A DNA stretch of 64,000 nt from positions 1,116,001 to 1,180,000 of the forward strand of contig SMSO01000025.1 of assembly GCA_004764695.1 (NCBI GenBank), in the 5' to 3' direction. The position numbers and the translations under genes are program-made. Shown here piece after piece: positions 37,572-49,699 of this stretch (positions are counted from its first letter, which is position 1; each line of letters starts with the position of its first letter). The notes under the pieces were generated by a model that ran no database searches, was not told where the DNA came from, and saw only the letters and a program-made list of their open reading frames with translations. This DNA is from Schizochytrium sp. TIO01 (Eukaryota; Protista; Bigyra: Labyrinthulomycetes).

Positions 37572-38174
37572 TTAGTGAAACGTTTCGCTGATCTCCTCTA
37601 GTTTATCCCGAACAAGGTAGAGGCAAATGACATAAATGGCGTCCACGCCTTTGGCTACATCCACAAAACGTGTGCCCTTTCGCGCCCTTGCGATGGTTTC
37701 TCCGTCGTAGTTGACAATGTTGATGTTGTGCGTTAAGCCTAGGCAGGTATACATGAGTGCGTCGTCAACGCCAACCTTGTCATCCGCGTAGACTTCGATT
37801 TCACTATCGCTGTTAGAGTACTTTTTCTGAATCGTGGCGATAATGCCTCCCCAATTAATATCTGTGATGAAGTACGTGCCGCTGGTATTTCCCTCAGTGA
37901 TTTTGAACTTGGGATCTTTGGTGGTATCCATGATCGTCCAGACAACCGTGCCTTTGTGGACGTTATCGACAGTCTGCACAAGCGCAACGTCATTGCCTAA
38001 GCCATCTCGAATAGAGCTGAAGGTGGCTGAGACAGCGCTCGGCTGAAGTTTAAAGCACCAGCTGTCGTCCTTGACTACGAGTGATTGCCAAGCTGATTGC
38101 TGTGGAGGGTCCTGAGGTACTAACGCCAGGGGCACAGACCCCATTGACATGCCAGTGCTCTGTGCGCAGCCCAT
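37572..38174 (-). CDS. LURP-one-related (tubby C-terminal/scramblase-like) protein, 200 aa, N-acylation motif
   Basis: Starts MGCAQS at ATG 38174. Repeated beta-hairpin segments (FSSIRDGLGNDVALV, WTIMDTTKDPKFKI, INIVNYDGETIARA) and C-terminal VDVAKGVDAIYVICLYLVRD are typical of the LOR family. The upstream in-frame extension is low-complexity UTR-like sequence. Confidence 0.75.
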   Translation of the reverse strand: MGCAQSTGMSMGSVPLALVPQDPPQQSAWQSLVVKDDSWCFKLQPSAVSATFSSIRDGLGNDVALVQTVDNVHKGTVVWTIMDTTKDPKFKITEGNTSGTYFITDINWGGIIATIQKKYSNSDSEIEVYADDKVGVDDALMYTCLGLTHNINIVNYDGETIARARKGTRFVDVAKGVDAIYVICLYLVRDKLEEISETFH

Positions 38175-41100
38175 CCTAGGTTTTCTTCTTCTTTGCAAGT
38201 CACCAAGCCTAGCTGTCGCCCAATGTGGAATCCTGAGATGCGGTTCTGATGATCGTCCGTCGTCAAAATTGTGTTTGAGTAATTTTAAGTTTCTCTTAGG
38301 AAAAAGCTCCCCCAAAACAAGAAACAAAAGTGAGCTTGAACCTGCACCAAAGTAATTGTAGAAAAAGAGGAAGAGAGATAAGAAAAAGAAAGTAAGGTAA
38401 AGAAAGAAAGAAAGAAAGAAAGCAATGAGAAAAGGGGAGGCACACAAACACAGATGCGCGCGCGCACACACCCTGCGCAAGCTAAGTCAATCAAATCCAC
38501 CAACCCGTACGCCGCAAATCACTCTAAGAGCGACGCAGATCTAAGGTAATTGACAGTAGAGCAACAGATGCCAGGCTGACAGCTTTAATCAACAACGAGC
38601 AATCCTCGCTGGCTAAAAAAGCCCAATTCGATTCCCTCGCCCAGGTTTTACCCAGGAGACTCCTTCCTTAACTCTTCTTGTGAACAGCAAGGACTTTACA
38701 ACTTTTAAAGGATTAAATCTCTCAGTTTTATCATACACCTACCTACTCAAGCGGCCTGCTCGCGCTGTTCGCTTCTGCTCGGAGACAAGCGGCTTAGACG
38801 TTGAAGGGTTCAGGTGCACCGTCGAACGAAGCTGCTGATTGTGCTTGGTTGTCTGGTTGAAACTTCGATCGGATGATTGATCAAGCGAGCGATGAATTTG
38901 GTGATTGCTTGCTCCGGACTTTAGTTTTTGGTTTGCTGCATTGAACTCGCATGTGGTTTTACAGTTGAAACCACGGGTAGTGAGGGGGCTTCCTCCGAGT
39001 CTCATTGATTTATTTCCTTGTTATTTGTTGCTTGCTTGCTTGCTTGCTTTCTTATTCTCCTTTCTTTTTTTCATGGCTTCGCCGCTGTTTGTTTTGAGGA
39101 CTCGGAGAGTAAAATAAATTGGACATTACATCGACAATGCATCGATGGTTATAGTATGCAACACGTGTGCTTTTGGAGGCGCTGGCGATATTAGATGTGC
39201 TGTGAATGGCAAATACTATGAGAATGTTTTGATTTAAAAGGGTAAAAGTGTCACGGTGTCCTTCAGCAGTTTCCAAGCTCCAGGCCGCTGCAGCTCGCTC
39301 CCTGTGTTGCTAGTACTATGCACGAAGCTTGATCGACACGGCGGAGCGAGTGTCAGCGCGATGAACGCTGCTACAGCCGGGCGGAGCGCATTGCTCGCAT
39401 TGCCGCTTTCTTAAGCTCATCTTTTCGAAGGAGCTGATTTGTGAATGAAAATCACATTCATTAAATAAGGATAAACTTTATGATTGTATGCAATTGTATT
39501 ATATTATTCTAATTGAAAAATAAAATATAAAAAATATTGAATACACTTTCTTCTTTCAAGTCCTTTCATGGATGATTGAAATAATAAAAAAACAAAGGGG
39601 AGAAATTAATGATGTGTGGTTGAGACGCCATTCTTCAATGCTGCCAACGCAAGTAAAATGACCGACGTGAAGCTACACCGCTGCACTCATTCCTAATACT
39701 CAAAAAGAACCGGGCATAAAAAACCAGTGCCTACTGAGATGGTTGGTGGAGCTTGAGAGGTTTTGGAAAGATGAGAGGGCATTAAGTAGGTAGGTACGTA
39801 GCAGGTAGGACCTACATTGAAATTCGTCCATTAATTTACTCAGCCTTCAGGTCTGGCGATAAATTCGAGTTGGTTAAGCTGAGATATCAATTCGGCTCGG
39901 CAAGGTATCTATTTCTTGCTCGCTCGATCATCACAGCGATGGAGTTGCTGCATGTCCGGTCGGCATGTTGGTCTTCTCCATCTCTGAATAGCGGCGACGA
40001 TCCTTGCTATTCAGGCTACTGCGCCGAATGAGACTCGCTCAACTTGACGAGATCTTGAAACTTGAAAGAACCACCTGGACTATCAATCATACTTTCTGCT
40101 CAAGCCACAGGGTGGCGAGCCAGGCCTTTGCGTGATACTCTTACCCGCACCTTTTTACAATGGACCATCAGCTGCGCTAAAACATGAATCCTGCGTGACA
40201 TTCAGCCTGACATTAAAATTAGCAGTTGGGATTACCTGAAATTGGGCAGGAGAAGGCTCAAAATTTTCAGCATCTTCATTTTGCCTTTGTGCGCTTTCGT
40301 GCGAAGTTCAAGTTTCTCCGGCTGTATCTCATACGTAAAGCAGCGCGGTGGGCTGTAATTAATGGCCATCTCCTCTCCCTCTCTCCTGTCTCAGAGAGTC
40401 TGTATCATACGACCTTAGAACTTGAAATTCTGTGCTCGTTTTCATAAGTGAAATAAAGACAGCAGCACGTGCAGCGACCCTACTACTACTACCTAGCATT
40501 TTTACTATACCTCGTAAATTGGAGAAGTTCACATGACACTTGGTAAAAAGAAAGCCCTCTTCTGTCAAACAATTGGGAGCCAGGCCCAGCTTTGAGTATT
40601 TTGAAAGGTACCGGCGGAGACCATCACAACTTGAACCAGAGCGTCTACAAAGTGCAATTGCGGACCCATACAATCATTGTATCAAGCTTGTGATTTGCTA
40701 GTTACTGGATTAAGGCAATATCGAAAATCTAAGCGGCAGTCAAACCGTGAAGAATTTCTCAAACATTTCCTACAAAATCGTCAAATACATCCGAAAACAG
40801 AGAAAAAAGGTGTCTTTAGCCACGCGCGCTATGAACAGACAATTACCGGCTCTTGAAATCGCACTGTTAGGTAATCATTGAAAAACGAGAAGGAGTGGCT
40901 GCTCTGAGTCTCTTCTCTCTATCCTTATGATGATTGTTGGCCACAACCGAGATCATGCTTCGAAGTGGGATATAGAGTGCGTACAAAGTCTTTGATGAAA
41001 TTGAATTATCCCACTCCTTGCATCGGGAGTCAATAAGGCAGATTATCATTATTATATTTCTAAAAAGAAGAAAAAAGAGATAATTTCAAAAAGTTAGTGG

Positions 41101-41536
41101 GTAATCTATACTTCTACTTTTACTTTTATTTTTGATTAAATAATCTGTAGAAGAAGAAAGTAGCAAGTGTAAAACACTCAAGAAGGCGCGAGCTGGTAAC
41201 ACAGCCAGTACCCAACGTGTACTCGGCGTGTACGGGGAGGAGGGCCACCATAATAACGGTGTAGCGTCTAGCCATCTTGCCACATCTTCAAAGCCCACGT
41301 ACCCACTGTATTCTTCATGACGAATGATATCATGAATGTAGCAGGGTGTAGTTGAGGAACTCTGAGATGGTTGCACCAGTTCGGTATCACCAGGTGCACA
41401 GCATCGTGGTGCGTGAGGACATGAGTAGGTAGGTACCTTCTACCTAGAAACTACTGTGCGCCGCGACGGCTACCTGGAGCTCCGAGCAAATCCCTCGCTC
41501 GTCTCGAACAGCAAGCTATAGGTACAGTGCGTCAAC

Positions 41537-42030
41537 AGTATTTCTCCGAAATCGTTTGGGAGACGATTGCTTTACGCTTCAAGTTTGGTTGAGCAGCGAT
41601 TAAACTTGTGGAAACGCATGTGAATGGATCAGTCTATCATGGCGAGACAACTTGCCTTAAATGATCTCGTGGGTCCGCTCTGAAGACTATGGATGTGGTA
41701 TGAAGCGTACGCAGAATGATACATTTTTCAAGGGTGTTACGCAGATTATTGGTTGGTTGGAAAATACTTCAATTACGTAATCCAAATGCTGGCCTCGGAC
41801 GTAGCAGCCTACGAACTGGTCTCCAGGTTTCTCGACAATTGCGCCGAGAGCCAAAGATTCATTTTCACGAAGTTGAAATATACTAAACAAGGTCCCCAAA
41901 GTAGGTGTTGTGTGCAGATTTTTAATAAGGCAGCCCAGCTTGAGATTTAAATTGAAATCCCTTTGAAGGCTTTCCATCGATCGAAAGAGTTAAACTTATA
42001 CACCACACACCAATGGTGTTCCTCGTAGAC
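41537..42030 (+). pseudogene. Coding-like relic, one frame interrupted by several stops, possibly LRR-like
   Basis: A single frame reads SISPKSFGRR...KRM*MDQSIMARQLALNDLVGPL*RLWMWYEAYAE*YIFQG...ELVSRFLDNCAESQRFIFTKLKY...AQLEI*IEIPL. No family was firmly identified. Confidence 0.3.
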
Positions 42031-45000
42031 ACAAAACTGGGGTACCCAAACTTAATTTGCACGTAGCCTTGTAACCAGGCACTTTGCAACAATCGATGTC
42101 GTACTAAAACCATTTCTAAACATACCAAGAAATGAATCTCTGTTTTGACCGACTTACCGTCAAAGGCTTTGCACATTGAACTTCCCGACTTCGACGAAAG
42201 CACAAATTGCTTCAACTCCTTTCCTGTCGTTCTGACGTCCGCGATTTTATTATATATATTTTTTTAAAATATTTTTTTTTAATAGTGACGTACAATCTTT
42301 AAGAATTAAGCTTTCTAGGTAATTGCAGCAGGGCTCTTAATTCGACCAAACTGAGGATGGAAGAGTTCTATTGAAGGCACCTTCGCACACAACCCAATTA
42401 ATTGAAACCGACTTACATATCTTTAGCGACTGGTCATCCTTTATGGCAGCCTGCAACGATGCAGCTCCCTGGGCGAAGTCAAATTATGAGCCTGCAGAAC
42501 TATATTAAAATGCAGCATACCTTTCTTTAGCAAGCTGTAGCGAAGCACAGCATAGCGTGCTCTCGCAAAGTTCATTGCAGCATTCTTGCAAATACATTTA
42601 TGCGGAAACATCTCGCAGTGGTACTACTCTACTGCCTTAATTTCAATTATCCTCTAGGCTAATACCTTACCTTCAAGTTGTCTAATTCTGTCGAATTCTC
42701 ACTGAGTTCTCTCTGGTAAGGAAAAAAAAAGAGCAGCTACAGTAGAAAAAGAAAAGTAGTGATAAAAGATCTTCAAAAATTATGAGATATACTTTATTTT
42801 ACAACAAAAGATTATGCGTTTTTCAACATTGAAATATCAGGTTGTTCCGGCTTGGAAAAGAGCAAGGCCATGGTTACCAACATGCTAAATAGTAAGAATC
42901 ACGGGAAATCCGTGCTATTTTGCAAGTTGGCTTCAATCTCACGAAAAACAATTTCTAGAAATAACTACCTACACTACCTATCTAAGATACTAATATCTTC
43001 GCATCAAGTTACTGCTAGTTCTGCGTCCACGATTGGTTTAGGGGAAACGAATCGCACGCTCGGTATTTGATTGAACGTGACCTAAGATTTCACCCTCCAG
43101 AAACCAACCTGGGAGTCAATCTTTCCGGTTTCAGCCTATTCAATTCGATTGCACTCATCTCAAGGTTACTTCACTAAACAGACCTTAATTTGCTATTCTG
43201 CTTGAAGTTCGTAGTACACTCTCTCACTAGTCAGAGGCTACTCCTATAAATCCTTCTCTAGAGTTTGATACAAATTCAAGTCAGAACATATTACTCTTAT
43301 GGTAGAAGGTATTAAAACCATGATATGAATTTACAATAAGTTTTAGCAAGTGGCTACACAAGCCATGAGCTATTGGAAACGCTCTGTAGTAGAAATAGTG
43401 ATAGATAGTTATAAGTGTAGCTGAGTTCAGAGTTGCTCTCGTTCGTAATCTTTTGATACTTTTTTTCTCCCTTTTCGCACACCTTCATACTTGCTCTGTC
43501 TTAGAGAGAATGTGGATGAATCACTGAGAAATCATCAACTTCCCTTATGGGATACCAGTTCGCACTCCCTATGAGGGATCGAACTTTCACATTTGATCTG
43601 TAATTTAGAAATACCTACTTAGTTCGACGCTGCGCAGCATATTTCAAGGGCGTAAAGTGCAAGAATTAATGTTAATCCGTGTACACAAAATTATACAACC
43701 TAAAAGAAAAATGCTACATCAGCTAGCACCTTCTTATTAAAGTCTTTTGGTACGGAAAGCTCCATGCTACTGATAAACTTTTCAGTTAAATTTTCCATTT
43801 CGAAGAAGCGCTTCTCTCCGAATCAGCAGGGTATTCAAAGGTTGCATTTGAACCTGTGATTTGACAAAGTCATCCTTGTTCTGCATACCCATCAACAGGT
43901 TGTGGCACTCCCAATCCAAATTACATAGAATGTTCCAGGAGAAATTGTCTGTTGGTCATCTAAACGTCTGCGCATCGAAATACGTTGATAGTAGGATTAG
44001 CAACCCTGCCGATCTTTCTTTTCGAGATATTCAGTCGTAACACCTAGCAATGTTATGATGTTGCAATGGTTGTAATCAATACCAATCTTAGGTTTGATTC
44101 AGCTGCGTTTTATTATTATCATTATCATTATTAATTATTAGGCTACCTGGCAAGCTTTAGTACTCGTCCTGAGGCAGTCCATCTGAATCATAAGACGGCA
44201 CCTCCACGTTGCTATAGATAGTAGCTCTAACAGAAGAAACCCGGAGCGAATTTAGTGAAAGTAGTACCCTAGCGCACTACTCTCTTGCAGAAATTTTCGA
44301 CGATTCCAAATATTGCAAAGTGTAACTAGTTCAAATAAACTTTCCTGGGAAGTTAGATCGTACGCCAACTTTTGCCTCGCAATAAACTTGTCCTTATAAA
44401 ATATTCAGCATTGTACAATTGATTGCATTACCAGCCCCAAAGAGATATCTTCATGTCGACTTTCGCTTGAGGTTTCGTTTTCACTAGTTCAAGGTTCAAT
44501 CGACAACAAATGATATGGTGAAGTAATCCTAACTAAGAATTATTATTTTTTATCAGAAACCATAAGATTGATGCACGCAGCCACAGCTCTATAGCCTGGG
44601 ATCTTTCTTACTGTAGCACACTCATTTTGTGGAATTTCCAAATCTAGCATTCGTTGATAAGGTTAAAAAATCCATTGAGCGATTGAAATGTTAGGTACCC
44701 ACTTCCCTGATAAGTCAACTAAAATGCCCTTTGGCAATTGATAAGTAGTTAAGAGGAGAAGTGAAAAGAAGTAAAATAGTTCTGGTTTCCTTGGACGGAT
44801 GCAGAGGGACATCAAGGGGACCACTACTTGCTCCAAGGTTGAGGCAGCGAATTGCCAAGCTACAATGACAGTTCCCCAGGCCCAGAGACGCCGTTTGCAT
44901 GATGGGAAGGCCAATGCAGATTATGTCATAGATGCAGAGCAAGTAGATCAACACAGCAAAACCACCTTCCAGGGTACTGATGGTCATTTAGATGTCCAGA

Positions 45001-45529
45001 CGCCAGGTGACGTGAGATCGAAGGTAATGAGCTATGTTTGCCAATTGACGAGGAGAGACGTTACAGGCATGTTGGGTATGATGAGACAGATTTGAGCAAC
45101 TAGCTGCAAGGTGACCTGCCACACTCTAAAACCCTTCCGCAAAAGTATTACAAGATTCCAGGCCAGCCCAAATTGTGAAGCGATAGGACTAAACAATTCT
45201 AAAACCCCTCTTCGAAATCAGTGTGAATAGAATAGACGGGGAATCATGCGTAAAGTCATCGAGGCGTTCGTGTAAGGAATCAGAAGGCACCTTCCTATCA
45301 CATCTGAAAACAATCCTCTCATCGAGACTCAACACGCTCTGTACAAGTCACTTTGCTCTCAAGAGTTGAGTTCCTCCACATGAGAAGACTGATTACGAGC
45401 TATCAAAGACTAACAGAGATCCCAGGCTAAAGTAAGCGCTCCCTTACTTTGCGAGCGCCGATGGCTTCATTTAATGCGCTTTTTAAAACCTAGGTCAGTC
45501 AAGTCCGCAAAAATCACATCAATCAAGTG

Positions 45530-46140
45530 AAACTACTCCAAATAAGAAAGGATTATTATTATGAGTTCCTGAAGAATGCGATGCAACTGGCTGGGTCCCG
45601 GGGTATAGCTCTGTGAACGATTGAGCTGATGATTGTCTACCTGATAACGAAACTTAGAGATATATTTGCGCACAATCATACATTGTTTCTTACATAACAA
45701 AAGCAGGCTACTGTGCAATGCGTGAGAAATGAAATGTACAAAAATCTGGTGATTCGAATGAATGAAATACTGATGGTTCTCTCATTTAATACGATCCCCG
45801 TTGTGGCTATACTTTTCATCTGTGAAACGAATTTCTTGTCCTTCATGGCTATTTCACAAAGTTCATTAAAGGACTCGTTTCTGTTTCCCACGTGCTGGGT
45901 TTGCTTGCAAGGCCATATATTGGAAACATCAGCAACTTAGTACACATCTCATGTACATAGCAAAGGTGTAAGCATATGACTACATTTTAAAGGAAACGTT
46001 TCTGAGAATCGTCTCTACACGAATAGTCTCATAGATGCTTTGATGGAATATGGCAGAAGCAACCCACATTGACATGAAGAAAATGTGCGAAATCATCGTG
46101 TGGATAGGTATCAAGAAGCACAAGGCCGTACTTCTGTCTA
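45530..46140 (-). pseudogene. Diverged relic of the same LRR-like family as 8.4-10.6 kb
   Basis: HIFFMSMWVASAIFHQ has the same IF-x4-W-x4-IFHQ spacing as copy A (LIFRVKLWLTRLIFHQ). It is followed by VADVSNI (cf. VLDISNL) and FLYISFL (cf. FQYIHL) in the same order. Confidence 0.45.
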
Positions 46141-46551
46141 GTGGATGTTTCACATATTTCTCTCTCCTAAGAAAAACTTGATATAGCCTATTTTGATTAA
46201 ATCAGTACACAGAATACATGGCAGGACAAGAATTGAAAGGTAACATCATTTGGTGAATCGTGGAAGATAGAACATTGAAAAAAGGGCCCATAATTCGTGG
46301 CTTAAGAAATTATCATTTTGGAGTTTTTTTGTAGCGAAGCTACACGAAAGCTTGGCTCATCTGAGATAAAATAATTCAATAAGACGGGTGTCTACTTTCC
46401 TTCTTCTTCTTCTTCTTTTTTAAATGCAGCTGATCCAAAAAAAGAGAAAGAGAGAGAAAAGAGGAAAAAGAAAAAGAAAAAGAAAAAAGGCTACCAGTAA
46501 GGCTTGTCAAAATTAGAAACTAATCTGGGCAGAAACTAGCAAGCTGATATC

Positions 46552-47130
46552 ATGCTCAACTTGCCAGAAGACTCTCGTGCAAGTGGTGCAGCGGAAGCTA
46601 CTTCAGGCTCTCGTCATATCGCCTTTGGGTTTGACCGCCACCGAGACAATCAATCCCAAGACCAAGAAAATACAGGTGAAGGCGAGAATGGCCAGGATTT
46701 CGCAAACGGCGAGGCCCCAGCTGAGCCTGAACGTGCCCCGGTGCAACATCACGCTGAGAGACGCGGCAGCATGAACAACAAAGTGAAAACGCGATTATTC
46801 TTTGGTGATGATGCAGAAAAGCAATTACAAGATCTTTCTGTAAACAGTGCTCACCTTGCAACAGAGCTCACAACACTGCTCAAGATGTTGCGCTTAACTA
46901 TGCAGAACGCATGTGCTGCAACGAAGGAGCATGCTCACATATATCATAATACCGTCGCAGAAACAGGTATCATTGGTGATGCCTCACTGAAAGCTGCAGA
47001 AGAGATCGCTGCTCGAACTCAAGCCCTTGCTGAAGGCCTCGGAGATTTGGATCCTCTGAAACAACGAATTGGTGAACTTGAAGCAGCTCTTACAAGCTAC
47101 GAGCGAATTGCAGATAAAATTTTACAGTAG
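46552..47130 (+). CDS. BORCS6 (lyspersin)/BLOC1S3-like coiled-coil subunit
   Basis: Disordered N-terminus plus C-terminal LQDLSVNSAHLATELTTLLKML...HAHIYHNTV...DASLKAAEEIAARTQAL...LDPLKQRIGELEAALTSYE, matching the BORCS6/BLOS3 helical pattern. Confidence 0.65.
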   Translation: MLNLPEDSRASGAAEATSGSRHIAFGFDRHRDNQSQDQENTGEGENGQDFANGEAPAEPERAPVQHHAERRGSMNNKVKTRLFFGDDAEKQLQDLSVNSAHLATELTTLLKMLRLTMQNACAATKEHAHIYHNTVAETGIIGDASLKAAEEIAARTQALAEGLGDLDPLKQRIGELEAALTSYERIADKILQ

Positions 47131-47427
47131 CTTGAGTGAGATGTTAGCTAGTGGACTAAAGGATAGGGCATACTTAGCAGGTCTGCATGTGTAAAGTTCG
47201 TTTGTATCAGAGCCCAATTTATGTTCTTGATTTATCTTTCTGTCTAATTTCAATAAATGAAGGAAACCATATCCAGAAAGGGTTACGATTCATGTTGCAC
47301 CACGCCATAGCTCTCATTGGTGTTCATGAAATAGGCAAAAGCATGTATATACATAGTTAATGTTTCACTCTAAAGATGCCTCTATATTCTCTATCTTATA
47401 ATATTCCTTCCATGCCGAATGATAACT

Positions 47428-48789
47428 CTAATTGCACTGCATAGAAGATGATGGTCTAGTTTGAAAAGAGCTGAGCTTAAACGGGTTAAACTTAGGATCC
47501 ACTGGCTGACGATGGATCCCTTGACGGCCCGAAGGGTATTGTGGGTTCATAGGCTCCTTAACCTCATGATTATTACTCTGGATTCCTCTGGGTTGAACTG
47601 GTGGTGGAGTTACCAAACCTGGAACAGGTGATAGCCCAGTGGGAGGCGACATAGCTGTGGGAGGTGTCATAGCTGTTGTTGGAGTCACAGTTGTTGGAGG
47701 AGACATCGGCGGTGGACAGGGTTTCTGGCCACGAGGAGGAGGGGGTGGAGGAGTGGGAGAAGGGGATGAGGTAGTTGTGTCCGGTGAAACGACCCTAACA
47801 GCTACCGGAATAGAAAAAGTCTGACAATTTACATCTCCAGGGCATGGGGGCAATCTTCGAGTTGGATCACTGGGCGAAGCGGTATAGTTTGGGCGGGGGG
47901 GGAGTGTACGCGATGAACCTTGTTTTGAAGATGCAGATGAAGACTCTACAGATTCTGGTGTCGGCTTTGCATGACCTTGAGTCACTACTTTAAGTTTACT
48001 CTGCCTACGTGGAGGCAGAGGTGGAGACTCTAAGTCCTCTAAGCTTCCTTGCTCAGGCTGCGGAGCAAATCTACCAGGTGTTAGGAGAGGTGGCGAAGGC
48101 GCTGAAAGGTTACCAGCAGCCAAAGTTCGGTCTCGAGGTGGGGGCACTGGAGGCGAGATAGTAGGTTCTGTGTTTCTCATCAGGGTATTTGGCTTGGGGG
48201 AAACTGGAGGATTCATCACAGTATCCTCTCCATGCAAAGGATCATAGATACCAGGCTGCAAATGCGCAGGCTTTGGAGGTTTAATTGGAGGAGCGCTAGT
48301 TGGAGGAATAGATTTAACAATAGCATTGATACAAGCAACCCATTCAGAAGCTTGAAGTGATGTACCTGCCTGGAATGTCAACAACTTTGTGGCATCGCGG
48401 TTACGCGTGTCTTGTACGTCAAAGAAGTAGACTTTTACACGAATTTGAAAACCACAAGAGGAAGACCTGCCATCGGTATTGCGGGCATAAAGAATTTGAT
48501 CAAATGGAATTAAACTAGGTGGGCCTTTAATTGCACCATAGCCGTCTAAATCTGCCATGTACAAGGCAGATTGTGAGTCGTCTGCACAAAGAACACACTT
48601 GCGGAAGAGCATAAAATTGGCCTTACGCCGCACAATGTCATATTTGATTTTGCGAGGGGGATTTGCACATGCGCTGAAGTCCAGCTGTTTTTCCTCTTCG
48701 CACTGTCCAGCTCCGCTCGATGCTCTCGACTCCCTACGAGTAGACTCCAAAGCTGGGGCATGATAAACATCAGAGAGCCTCCGCGCCAT
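47428..48789 (-). CDS. PH-domain protein with long proline-rich tail (adaptor-like)
   Basis: PH-like region FRKCVLC...LYMAD...LIPFDQI...GFQIRV...LTFQAGTSLQASEWVACINAIV. Many PxxP/PPLPPR motifs and MSPPT/MTPPT repeats. Confidence 0.8.
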   Translation of the reverse strand: MARRLSDVYHAPALESTRRESRASSGAGQCEEEKQLDFSACANPPRKIKYDIVRRKANFMLFRKCVLCADDSQSALYMADLDGYGAIKGPPSLIPFDQILYARNTDGRSSSCGFQIRVKVYFFDVQDTRNRDATKLLTFQAGTSLQASEWVACINAIVKSIPPTSAPPIKPPKPAHLQPGIYDPLHGEDTVMNPPVSPKPNTLMRNTEPTISPPVPPPRDRTLAAGNLSAPSPPLLTPGRFAPQPEQGSLEDLESPPLPPRRQSKLKVVTQGHAKPTPESVESSSASSKQGSSRTLPPRPNYTASPSDPTRRLPPCPGDVNCQTFSIPVAVRVVSPDTTTSSPSPTPPPPPPRGQKPCPPPMSPPTTVTPTTAMTPPTAMSPPTGLSPVPGLVTPPPVQPRGIQSNNHEVKEPMNPQYPSGRQGIHRQPVDPKFNPFKLSSFQTRPSSSMQCN

Positions 48790-49699
48790 CTCAACGAATG
48801 ATTCAATGCCCTAGCTTAAAGTCAGTCACCTCAAACCTCAACGTATGTCTTCGTCGCAAGCTGTCCTCGATGCGTACCAACACCTTGGTTGGATAGACAA
48901 AGCCACCAAGAATTAGTTTGCTTATCTGATCTTGCCTTTTGTTGCTCTGACTTGGGTGCAGAGATCATACCATCAAATAACTCTTTGAATTCTAGTACCA
49001 ACTCGAAGAATATGACAATGCAAAGTCCAGTCCTGCAAGTTCTCTCTTGTGTAAGTTCTCAGTAATTTTTTTAAATAAAATAAAAAATGAAAAAACGAAA
49101 CAAAGATAGCCATGAAAGAATCTATTAAAGCAACTCCTAGGATTTGTCAAATTGGGAAAATGATCTCGCTGGCTTCTCTGCTCTTATCTTGCAATTCGAT
49201 ATAGGGATATTGGTAGAAAAGGAAAGTAAACTTAAGCAGGCAGGGACTTCGCATGTAGGTACGGTCTTAAAATTTAAATATTGGGCTGAGAAGAAGCAGG
49301 ATACTAATGAGGAAAGCAGAGTAGCTTTCGTGGCGAGGTGGAGTTGCGAAGAAGCCATAATAACCAACTGTAGTTACTGAGACGTGTTCCGAAAGGCCGC
49401 AAACGCAGGATCCTACATTATTATATGTTTGCAACCTGAGGAACTGGCTAGTTGACACCAGAGCAAACACAAGCCGTTCTATGAATACTGAAAATGAAAA
49501 GCAATCAAGTGCACATATCGTATGCAAAGTAAGAAGTATATCACGGCAATCTGGACGAATTGATTGCAATATAAGATGGCAGAGCGTTTGCTAGACCCGC
49601 AAGATGCGCTTGGTATGAAGACATCCTATAATTCGAAGGGATAAATAACATCAAACAGCAAAATATATATGTATGTATATCAATGAGAAATAGATAATA

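Noticed and set aside
38175-38480. Hydrophobic N-terminal extension of the LURP-one ORF
   Set aside because: Translated from (CTTT)n low-complexity sequence with a non-ATG start; MGCAQS is a better start.
41537-41750. Three in-frame TGA codons suggesting selenocysteine or recoding
   Set aside because: The same frame also has TAA/TAG stops, neighbouring genes use TGA as a normal stop, and no SECIS was seen; decay is simpler.
43560-43640. tRNA-like T-loop GTTCGATCCC on the minus strand
   Set aside because: T-stem is mismatched, and no matching acceptor stem or D/anticodon arms were found.
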